NCBI GenBank assembly: GCA_035637535.1
Contig: DASPWZ010000012.1
Span: forward strand, 4,855 to 68,854
Source: Candidatus Dormiibacterota bacterium
GTDB taxonomy: Archaea > Thermoproteota > Bathyarchaeia > 40CM-2-53-6
Direction: 5' to 3'
Length of the DNA: 64,000 bases
In this document: positions 38,551 to 46,086 of the stretch, one piece after another
Layout of the letters: each line of letters starts with the position of its first letter
Numbering within the stretch: the first letter of the stretch is position 1
Program-made: the position numbers and the translations under genes
Notes under the pieces: model-generated
Databases searched by the model: none
What the model was told of the DNA's origin: nothing
Seen by the model: only the letters and a program-made list of their open reading frames with translations

Positions 38551-39249
38551 TCAAGGCTGCTTGATCCCGCCTACAATAATCCAGTCCGGAATTTCTAACC
38601 CGTCCATCTCTAAGGTCCCACTGTGGAGTTTCCAGTAGGATCGTCTTATGTCCCAGTCTTTGAGAAGCTGCCTCGCGGCCTTCGAACGAATCACTAGGCC
38701 ACTCTTCAACCGGATCTGTCGCAGCCTTCTGAATCCAGCAGACCTCAGGTCGTCTACAACGATTCCTGGAGACGGAGAGAACCATTCCAATGGTGGAGTC
38801 TTAGTCCATTTAGTATTACTGTCAGCCTCGATTAGCCGCTTCTGTCTAGCATTCCCTGGGTCAGGAGACAAGAATGAGTGAACGGTGAATCCTCCGGGTT
38901 TTGTTACTCGGTGACACTGGGCGAAGAAGTACTCCATTCTTTTCGATGTTATTTCAGGAAGAAACTCGCTGGAGATTACTCCGTCGTACTTGGAACCCCG
39001 TTGGCAGGTCAGCCAAGCATTGTAGTCGCTTACCACAACTGAAATTCTCGCGTTCAATCCATTCCTTGCTATCGTAGATAGCAAACCTGCCTCATTTCCT
39101 GAATAAGCTCCTTTGAACCTGTCCAAAGCAATGATCTTGTACCGCGGTACCAAGTCGGCAAATGGGACCGTGAGCTGTCCCTCCCCAGAGCCCACCTCAA
39201 CCAGGACCCCCGCCTTCTTAGGTAACATCCTAGCAATCTTTCTCGCCAC
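38551..39249 (-). CDS. Class I SAM-dependent methyltransferase
   Basis: Motif I VLVEVGSGEGQLT, followed by IIALD and a post-I/II pattern. Confidence 0.65.
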   Translation of the reverse strand: MARKIARMLPKKAGVLVEVGSGEGQLTVPFADLVPRYKIIALDRFKGAYSGNEAGLLSTIARNGLNARISVVVSDYNAWLTCQRGSKYDGVISSEFLPEITSKRMEYFFAQCHRVTKPGGFTVHSFLSPDPGNARQKRLIEADSNTKWTKTPPLEWFSPSPGIVVDDLRSAGFRRLRQIRLKSGLVIRSKAARQLLKDWDIRRSYWKLHSGTLEMDGLEIPDWIIVGGIKQP

Positions 39250-39422
39250 TTCTGCATACTGCCGAGACCAGGCAGAATCGAGTTCCCTCGGATCCGAAAC
39301 GGTTATCGTTATCTGCCTACCCCGCCCTTGTGATGGATCAATTTCCGTTATGCACTAGCATGGAAGTTCCATAGATCATCTGCTAAACCTATACGTCACG
39401 ATTGACCCTGTGAAGTCCTATC

Positions 39423-40358
39423 TTGCTTCATGCTGACGGGGTCGCCCGGAGCTTATACTCAGAGGGGGGTTTCCTCAGCCCTAAGCCACCTTTCGACTTT
39501 TCCAAAGCACTGGACTTCTTGAGAGGTTTCCCGCCGATGCTGGCGGACCAGAAGATCGATGAGCTCTCTCTGACTAGGGCTGTCTGTATCGGAGGCCAGA
39601 CTGTCGTCTTCAATGTTAGATCAACAGGCCTCATCAAGAGTCCTCGATTGAAGTATGCACTCAGTTCCGACCGTCCCCTGACGCCTGGTGTGCGTGATGC
39701 AGCGGTAGACCGTATCAGTTTCTTTCTGAGTCTAGCTGATGACCTCGAACATTTCTATCGCATTGGCTATGGTGATGTGGATTTTGCGCCTGTCCTGCAG
39801 AGGCTTTACGGTCTACACCAGGTGAAATTTCTCACTCCCTTTGAGTCTGCCTCCTGGGCAGTACTCTCTCAGCGCTATCCGGCCGCAGCAGCTCAGAGAA
39901 CCAAACAAGCAATCACCGAAAAATTCGGCACAAGTCTAGAGATGAATGGCCAAAGGTACGTCGCTTTTCCTGAACCCTACCGCCTAGCCTACGTAAATGA
40001 GGGTGATCTAGGCGCTATTGTCAAGAACCCGCGGAAAACCCAGTTCTTGATCGGCGTCGCAAAAGCCTTCGCAGAGAAAGACGAAAGATTCCTCCGAACG
40101 GCCAAGTACGACGAGGTGGAAAAATGGCTAAGTCAGATCCAGGGCATCGGAGACTGGTCATCAAAACTGATTCTCCTGCGAGGCCTAGGCCGAATGGAAA
40201 AGATCGCAGTAGAGAAACGATTGCTGAGAGCCGCTTCAAAGGTCTACGGTCGAGACAGGACCCTCACTCAGAGCGTTCTAGATCAGATAGCCGAGAAATA
40301 TGGTCCCTGGAAGGGGTACTGGGCCTACTATCTGAGAACAGCTTCCTTGAAATCTTGA
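39423..40358 (+). CDS. HhH-GPD DNA glycosylase (AlkA-like 3-methyladenine glycosylase II)
   Basis: Helix-hairpin-helix LSQIQGIGDWSSKLILLRGLGR and C-terminal PW.GYWAYYL. Confidence 0.6.
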   Translation: MLHADGVARSLYSEGGFLSPKPPFDFSKALDFLRGFPPMLADQKIDELSLTRAVCIGGQTVVFNVRSTGLIKSPRLKYALSSDRPLTPGVRDAAVDRISFFLSLADDLEHFYRIGYGDVDFAPVLQRLYGLHQVKFLTPFESASWAVLSQRYPAAAAQRTKQAITEKFGTSLEMNGQRYVAFPEPYRLAYVNEGDLGAIVKNPRKTQFLIGVAKAFAEKDERFLRTAKYDEVEKWLSQIQGIGDWSSKLILLRGLGRMEKIAVEKRLLRAASKVYGRDRTLTQSVLDQIAEKYGPWKGYWAYYLRTASLKS

Positions 40359-40383
40359 ATTCTGAGCAGAATTTCTCTTTGAC

Positions 40384-40827
40384 CTATCTGGAGCTTGACG
40401 TTGTCAGAGGCTGTGCTTTTCCTATGGCGTGTTTGACAAGGACTGCTCTTCCCCACCCATGGTGAGCGAAGTCTTCCGCCGGTGGCAATTTGTCGATCTC
40501 GAACCATCTCAGCTCTGCAACTGCCTTCCCGGGCGAGACGTTCATGGTTCGCGTGAAGGCTAGATAATCGAAGATGAGATGCCAAGTCTCATTATTCCCC
40601 ATGAAAGATTCAATCTCTGCGAGTTTCAGTGTTGAATCGTCTATTCCTGCCTGTTCCTTCAAGATCCGCCTGGCAGCTTGCTCCGGATGCTCCAGGTGAC
40701 GGAGATCATCGTTGGGTAGAAACCATCCTTCTTGATTGTCGGGGCCCGCTCTGTATTTCACTAGGAGAGCCGAGCTGTGATGCAGGGGTGCGACGTGGGC
40801 TACTAGTGTATGCCTGTTGCATTCCAA
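40384..40827 (-). CDS. NUDIX-like domain protein (degenerate Nudix box)
   Basis: GWFLPNDDLRHLEHPEQAARRILKEQAGI approximates the GX5EX7REUXEEXGU box with substitutions. Confidence 0.4.
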   Translation of the reverse strand: MECNRHTLVAHVAPLHHSSALLVKYRAGPDNQEGWFLPNDDLRHLEHPEQAARRILKEQAGIDDSTLKLAEIESFMGNNETWHLIFDYLAFTRTMNVSPGKAVAELRWFEIDKLPPAEDFAHHGWGRAVLVKHAIGKAQPLTTSSSR

Positions 40828-40876
40828 AGGTGAAGACCTAGCGCTTGTCCTATGTCGTAGGGGACGAGATTAGCCT

Positions 40877-41347
40877 TTAGTCGCGCAGAATTCCTTCGAC
40901 AACGTTGCCTTGCAGCAGTGAGTCTTCAGACTTCTCGGCTTTCTCGAAGAGTGTGGTCTCATCCACCTGAACCGAACCTCGTTTCTGGTAGATCTTCGCG
41001 ACTTGTCGAAAGATGTCTGAAAGCTTGTCCGATTTTGGCCGAACTTCCTTGCCGAGTCGCCTGGTCAATATCTCGGAGCAATGGTTCACGACCATCCTTC
41101 TCCCCGTCCCAAGAATCTCGCCAAGAGCCTTGTCCAGCTCCTCAATCCCGTCAGGCAGCTTGTTCATGTCTACATGGTGTCTGCGTCTGGCATAGTGAAG
41201 AATCAGCTCGGCCGTCGCGCCCCCTAGACTCTGAAACGCTTCTTCAACAGAATCCTTTAGCTGCATGGCTAGGTCGGGAGGAAGATGCACTAGCCGGAAC
41301 AGGCCCCGTTGGGACATCGACAGCACTAGACTAGCAGCCTCTGCCAA
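40877..41347 (-). CDS. Hypothetical protein
   Basis: 156 aa with helical composition. No family recognised. Confidence 0.4.
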   Translation of the reverse strand: MAEAASLVLSMSQRGLFRLVHLPPDLAMQLKDSVEEAFQSLGGATAELILHYARRRHHVDMNKLPDGIEELDKALGEILGTGRRMVVNHCSEILTRRLGKEVRPKSDKLSDIFRQVAKIYQKRGSVQVDETTLFEKAEKSEDSLLQGNVVEGILRD

Positions 41348-41455
41348 TCTTACAACTAACGTTACTAGGCCGGCCTACTACAGGTTGCACGCAATGAGCC
41401 GAAGAGGGTCCATGCGGCACTAGAACCCCAAAACCCGACGCGGATTAGAGGTGGG

Positions 41456-42649
41456 CTACTCTTTCAGTTCTCGAATGAGCTGTTTGGCTATCGTTAGCCG
41501 TTGAATGTCGTTTGTTCCCTCATAGGTCTTGATGATCTGCGAATCTCTTAGGAAGCGTTCCACCGGGTACTCGGTAGCAACGCCGTAGCCACCGTGTATC
41601 ATCATGGCCAACAGTGCTAACCGTTCAGCTGTCTCAGTTGATGTCACCTTCGCAATCGATGCGGCTTTGACGAACTCCTTGCCCTGATCCTTGAGCGATG
41701 CCGCCCAGTACGTGAGGAGACGTGCCGTGTGAAGCCCCATAGCCATCTCAGCCAGCTTGTACTGGACCTGCTGAAAATCGATCAATGGCTTTTCAAAGCT
41801 TGTCCGGGTCTGAGCATAACTTATCGCGGCCTCGTATGCTGCCTGAGCAATACCGACACCCTGCGCGGCCACGTCCACGCGTCCCCGATCATACGTCTTC
41901 ACGCCGATGTAGAACCCGTCCCCTTCCTTTCCCACGAGATTATCGGTGGGAACCTTGACATGGTCAAGGATCAGTTCTGAGGGTTGCGAGCCGCGAAGAC
42001 CTGTCGTTTCGATATGGCTGCCGATCTGGAAACCTTCTGTTCCTCTTTCAACAATGAACGCGCTCAAGCCCTTGTGCCGCTCCTTGCTACTGGGAGGCGG
42101 ACTGGTCCTCGCGAACACCAAGTAGAGGTCGGCGATCTCACCGTTCGTGATGAACGTCTTCTGGCCGCTGATCTCCCAGTGGGTACCGTGAAGTTTGGCC
42201 GTTGACTTGATTCCTGCGACATCGGACCCAGCCCCTGGCTCTGTCATCGCGTGGGCTCCGATCTTTTCCCCTGACACCATCGGGACGAGGAATCGCTTCT
42301 TCTGCTCCGGCGAGCCCCACTCATTCAAAGGTTCGGATACGAGATGACTAGCGACAAAAACTGTGGAGCAAGCAGCGGAGACTCGAGCGATCTCCTCGAT
42401 GGCTATAACCATCGAGAGAAGATCTCCACCAAGACCCCCATACTCCTCCTTGTAAGTGATGGCGGTCAGGCCAACTCCTGCGATTCTTCCCAGGAGGTCT
42501 CGCGGTATCTTGTTATTCCGGTCAATCTCAAAGGCTACGGGACGAATCTCCTTCTCAGCAAAATCCCGAATAGTATGACGGAGACTCTCGTGATCAGCAG
42601 TCAGCTTCACTTCATAATCAGCAGAACGAGGCATCATAGTGCTCGTCAA
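41456..42649 (-). CDS. Acyl-CoA dehydrogenase
   Basis: GAHAMTEPGAGSD, the FITNG region and C-terminal YEGTNDIQRL. Confidence 0.85.
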   Translation of the reverse strand: MTSTMMPRSADYEVKLTADHESLRHTIRDFAEKEIRPVAFEIDRNNKIPRDLLGRIAGVGLTAITYKEEYGGLGGDLLSMVIAIEEIARVSAACSTVFVASHLVSEPLNEWGSPEQKKRFLVPMVSGEKIGAHAMTEPGAGSDVAGIKSTAKLHGTHWEISGQKTFITNGEIADLYLVFARTSPPPSSKERHKGLSAFIVERGTEGFQIGSHIETTGLRGSQPSELILDHVKVPTDNLVGKEGDGFYIGVKTYDRGRVDVAAQGVGIAQAAYEAAISYAQTRTSFEKPLIDFQQVQYKLAEMAMGLHTARLLTYWAASLKDQGKEFVKAASIAKVTSTETAERLALLAMMIHGGYGVATEYPVERFLRDSQIIKTYEGTNDIQRLTIAKQLIRELKE

Positions 42650-42752
42650 ATCTATACCAACAGTCGATCTTCGACGCTAATCAATCCTTTAAACTTTGGA
42701 GTCCTCAACTGGGCATGTGTGGGAATCTATTCTAGACGAGAGATCTGGGGCA

Positions 42753-43112
42753 ATGACTGAATTCATCCAAGTCTCTACAACGGTGAATAGCAAGGAAGGA
42801 GCGGACAAGATTGCGCGCAAGCTCCTGGACGAGAGACTTGCCAGCTGTGTTCAAGTGTTGGGTCCTATCCACAGCAATTATTGGTGGAAGGGAAGAATCG
42901 ATCGGATACGAGAGTGGATTTGCTTGATCAAAGCCAGGGCAAACGACTATTCGAGGATAGAGGCGTCTATCAGAGGCATGCACCCTTATGATGTCCCAGA
43001 GATTCTTGCGCTTCCAGTTCTACGCGGAGATATCGACTATCTCAACTGGATTAGAACCGAAACAGCCCGCAAGCCAGAGTCCAAGAAAACAAGGAAGGGA
43101 ACTCGATTATGA
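42753..43112 (+). CDS. cutA: Divalent-cation tolerance protein CutA
   Basis: The internal ATG gives MTEFIQVSTT...LASCVQV.GPI.S.YWWKG.I...E....IK and HPYDVPEI. Confidence 0.8.
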   Translation: MTEFIQVSTTVNSKEGADKIARKLLDERLASCVQVLGPIHSNYWWKGRIDRIREWICLIKARANDYSRIEASIRGMHPYDVPEILALPVLRGDIDYLNWIRTETARKPESKKTRKGTRL

Positions 43113-43140
43113 GCAGCTCGTTCGTCTTACAAGGGATCAT

Positions 43141-43509
43141 TCAGCTTTCTTTCTTCAACTTTCGAATCAAGTCTGTAGGCAGAACTTTCAGCCCGGCTTT
43201 AGTCATCTTTCTCTTTCTTACCAGCTGAAGCACTCTGTCGATGTTGTAACGCGACCAGTTCTTGCTCTTCCTGGGTGTGAAACGGACAAGACTTCTTGTA
43301 GCATCCAGGGGTCTGATTCGACTATCAATCCATCCGAAGCAAAGAGCTTCTTCTAGAGCTTGGTTGTAATAGACCCTGTAAGAGTCGCCTCCCGCGCTCT
43401 TCTTGGGTAAGACCAGCCAGATCTCATTCTTCCGATCATGGTTGACCTTGAGCCATCGTCGCCACACCTTCGCATCGTGGAAGACAATGCTCTTGATCTT
43501 CTCTTTCAT
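43141..43509 (-). CDS. YdeI/OmpD-associated-family-like protein
   Basis: WRRWLKVNH....EIWLV..KK......Y.QALEEALCFGWIDS pattern. The call is from memory of the family. Confidence 0.5.
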   Translation of the reverse strand: MKEKIKSIVFHDAKVWRRWLKVNHDRKNEIWLVLPKKSAGGDSYRVYYNQALEEALCFGWIDSRIRPLDATRSLVRFTPRKSKNWSRYNIDRVLQLVRKRKMTKAGLKVLPTDLIRKLKKES

Positions 43510-43518
43510 CCGGATCGA

Positions 43519-43639
43519 TGGTGGGGCGGGTGGGATTTGAACCCACGATCACCGGTGCCCGAGACCGGTATTTTCTATGCCCGGATGGGCATCTTAGACC
43601 AAGCTGCCCCCACCCAAGGGTGGTCTGGACCACCGCCCC
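43519..43639 (-). tRNA. tRNA-Pro (anticodon CGG) with about 44 nt of intervening sequence in the D-arm region; CCA encoded
   Basis: Minus-strand read: acceptor GGGGCGG/CCGCCCC (7 WC pairs), anticodon arm CCGGT-CTCGGGC-ACCGG, variable loop TGATC, T arm GTGGG-TTCAAAT-CCCAC, discriminator A, then CCA. There are 62 nt between position 9 and the anticodon stem where about 18 are expected. Confidence 0.75.
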
Positions 43640-43663
43640 TATGAGGGGGAGAAACTCGGTTTA

Positions 43664-43671
43664 CAAATAAA
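43664..43671 (-). promoter_or_regulatory. TATA-box-like element upstream of tRNA-Pro
   Basis: The minus strand reads TTTATTTG, with its 3' end 25 nt upstream of tRNA position 1. This spacing is typical of archaeal promoters. Confidence 0.4.
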
Positions 43672-43760
43672 CCATTCAACCGCTCTGCTAGGGACATCAG
43701 ACTAGTCCCTACGCCGGTAACTCAGCGTATGATTCGATGCTGATTATGTCCTATTCCAGA

Positions 43761-43922
43761 CTACTTTGACTTCTTCTCTTTCATGTTCCCGTTGAAGTAC
43801 TGTCTGATGAGATGTTCAAAGAAAATGCTGAATCCTCCAGTCCTTCCAAAGTACAGCTTGCCCACTTCGTCTCTTACCAGCTCCTCCGCCTCGTCTGATA
43901 GAGAGATCATTACTTTTCCCAT
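43761..43922 (-). CDS. Small ribbon-helix-helix (CopG-like) protein
   Basis: The internal ATG gives MGKVMISLSDEAEELVRDEV...FFEHLIRQYF, a beta-strand plus two-helix pattern. Confidence 0.4.
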   Translation of the reverse strand: MGKVMISLSDEAEELVRDEVGKLYFGRTGGFSIFFEHLIRQYFNGNMKEKKSK

Positions 43923-44241
43923 GGTAGCTCTAGACTTCCAAAGATAGCTGCGAACGGTTTTATAGTTATCCCCTATCCGGGCGACCGCCATCCGCAAACA
44001 ATAAGAATGCGGAGGGCGTATCTCATCTTGAGCATCGTTAAGAGACCTCGCTGGCGTCTCTCACTTTGTTCTTAGCGATACGCTTGAGTCCGCATTATCT
44101 AAGCACCAAACCTCCTAGCTTAGAGGTGAACGATCCTGAAGCTTCTAGACGGCGATCCCGGCCCACCAAATCCAAAGGCTCCTCCCGGATAGGGCTGAAA
44201 GAAGCTTAAAATGGATAGAAAATCCCCTTTTTCCGGCTTCC

Positions 44242-45438
44242 TTGAGCACGATCACTGCTGATGAATTCTTTGATAGCATACACAGAATAGTCTCTCTTCT
44301 AGACGAAGAAAACATTGCGATCCTCAGAACCATGAAACAGCATGGCCCCCGAAACCTGCTAGGGATCGCTCGGAAAGCGAAGCTGCCCTACACAACCGTG
44401 TATAACAGAGTGACAAAGCTCGAAGGCCAAGGAATTCTGAAGACGTGGATTCAACCTAACTGCCCGAAAATCGGGTTAAGCAGGGCTGTAGTTCTAGCAA
44501 CTCCCCATCCGGGAAAGGAGATCTTCACGAGAGAAGCCCTGAAAATCCCAGGATTCTGGCTAAGAATTGCTCGCTGCATCGGAGACTGCAATGGATACTA
44601 CTCGCTTCACGGTATACCCACGGCAAATCGCCAAGAGTTCGAACTCTATCTGGACCAGCTGTTGGAGCGTGGACTACTCAAAAACTACCGACTCTTCTGG
44701 ATTGGCGACACAAAGTTCCCGCTGACGAATTTTGACTATTACAAGCCGAAAGACCGAACCTGGAAGTTCGACTGGAAAGGATGGTTAGATTCTTTCGTTA
44801 CGAGTCGAGCCAAGCCTGAATCTAGCAAACAATCTTCGCAACCTGTTTCCTTCGACAAGAAAGACCTGATCATACTCAAAGAACTTGTCAAGAATGCAAG
44901 GACCACCCTGGCTGATCTATCCAAGTTGCTGTCTCTCACACTGCCCGCCGCGAAATACCGTTTTGACCGACTTGTTGAAAGAGGATTGATTCAGGAATGG
45001 GTCATCGACCTCCTCCCATATGCCCCGCAAGTTTCTGAACTCTCAGAAGTACGTCTAGATTTCAAGAACGAGAATTTCATGAAAGGAGCTGAAAACGTTC
45101 TTGAGACTCTTCCGATCGTTCAGAGCTATTCTCCAATAACTGGGCTGAACTCAATAACTACACGGCTCTATCTTCCACGCAACGAAGTAAGCAACCTCCA
45201 CACCTTCCTGTCCCTCCTCGTATCGAAAGGAGTCCTCACAAGCTACTCCTATCTTGTGATCGACCCTATGACTATACAGGCGCAAACCTTCGCCTACAAG
45301 GACTACAATGACGACTCGGGATGGAACTATGCAAGCCGAGAATACCTAAGGGCCGTTGACAATCTAGTGCCGAAGTTGACCAAGGCCGAGATGGAGCTGA
45401 CCCTTCAGACACTGCCGTCGCTATCTCTGAAATTATAG
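44242..45438 (+). CDS. Tandem Lrp/AsnC-type HTH protein (two HTH-plus-linker modules)
   Basis: LDEENIAILRTMKQHGPRNLLGIARKAKLPYTTVYNRVTKLEGQGIL and DKKDLIILKELVKNARTTLADLSKLLSLTLPAAKYRFDRLVERGLI. Confidence 0.55.
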   Translation: MSTITADEFFDSIHRIVSLLDEENIAILRTMKQHGPRNLLGIARKAKLPYTTVYNRVTKLEGQGILKTWIQPNCPKIGLSRAVVLATPHPGKEIFTREALKIPGFWLRIARCIGDCNGYYSLHGIPTANRQEFELYLDQLLERGLLKNYRLFWIGDTKFPLTNFDYYKPKDRTWKFDWKGWLDSFVTSRAKPESSKQSSQPVSFDKKDLIILKELVKNARTTLADLSKLLSLTLPAAKYRFDRLVERGLIQEWVIDLLPYAPQVSELSEVRLDFKNENFMKGAENVLETLPIVQSYSPITGLNSITTRLYLPRNEVSNLHTFLSLLVSKGVLTSYSYLVIDPMTIQAQTFAYKDYNDDSGWNYASREYLRAVDNLVPKLTKAEMELTLQTLPSLSLKL

Positions 45439-45606
45439 AAGAACGTAGAGTCGCGAGTAATCCAGAGAGTCTCCGGCAAAACACCCAGTGAACTACGCTT
45501 TACGGAACGTCCTCCTCTCGGTTTTCCTAATTTATCCGAAAAGATAGGGCTCATCGTCAGCTGTTGGAAAGCATCTCAGTTTAAGAGCCCGGAGACCACT
45601 CATCTC

Positions 45607-45978
45607 ATGGTTCCTTTGCAGCAGGTCGATTCTGGAACAATGGCGCTGGTCGTTGCCGGCTACGAGGCGCAGTATCCTGATCCCTTAACAATGAATTCAG
45701 GCGACGCGCTGAAGATCGTGAAGAGAAGAGACGAAGAATGGCCAGGTTGGGTGTTCTGTGAAAGCCAGAGTGGGAAGCGGGGCTGGGTCCCGGAGAAGAG
45801 TATCAAGATAGACGGTGAGGCTGCGGTCGCACAGCAGAATTACGTGGCACGTGAAGTGACTGTGATGGAGGGCGAGATTGTAAGGATAGAGAGCGTTGAA
45901 AGCGGCTGGGCCTGGGTCACAAATATGACCGACGCGACAGGCTGGGTCCCGTTGAAGAACCTGAAGATCGTAGAATAG
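45607..45978 (+). CDS. SH3-like domain protein (two SH3-type units)
   Basis: GDALKIVKRRDEEWPGWVFCES.SGKRGWVPEKSI and GEIVRIESVESGWAWVTN...GWVPLKNL. Confidence 0.45.
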   Translation: MVPLQQVDSGTMALVVAGYEAQYPDPLTMNSGDALKIVKRRDEEWPGWVFCESQSGKRGWVPEKSIKIDGEAAVAQQNYVAREVTVMEGEIVRIESVESGWAWVTNMTDATGWVPLKNLKIVE

Positions 45979-46086
45979 TCGCCTAGGCTGCTTCTAATCA
46001 GACTCTCGCTAGAGGTTTGATCGCGAGGACCTGATCCCAGTTCACAACTCGAATAAAATCGACAGTTACGTCTCTACCGAATACGG

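Noticed and set aside
39360-39372. A 13-nt palindrome (ATGGAAGTTCCAT) lies in the divergent methyltransferase/AlkA promoter region.
   Set aside because: It could be a regulator site, but it is a single short dyad with no second copy or associated regulator, which is insufficient evidence.
43141-44000. The tRNA-Pro 3' flank could be an integration site for a mobile element.
   Set aside because: There is no integrase, no direct repeat of the tRNA 3' end, and no compositional break nearby. The neighbouring genes are ordinary.
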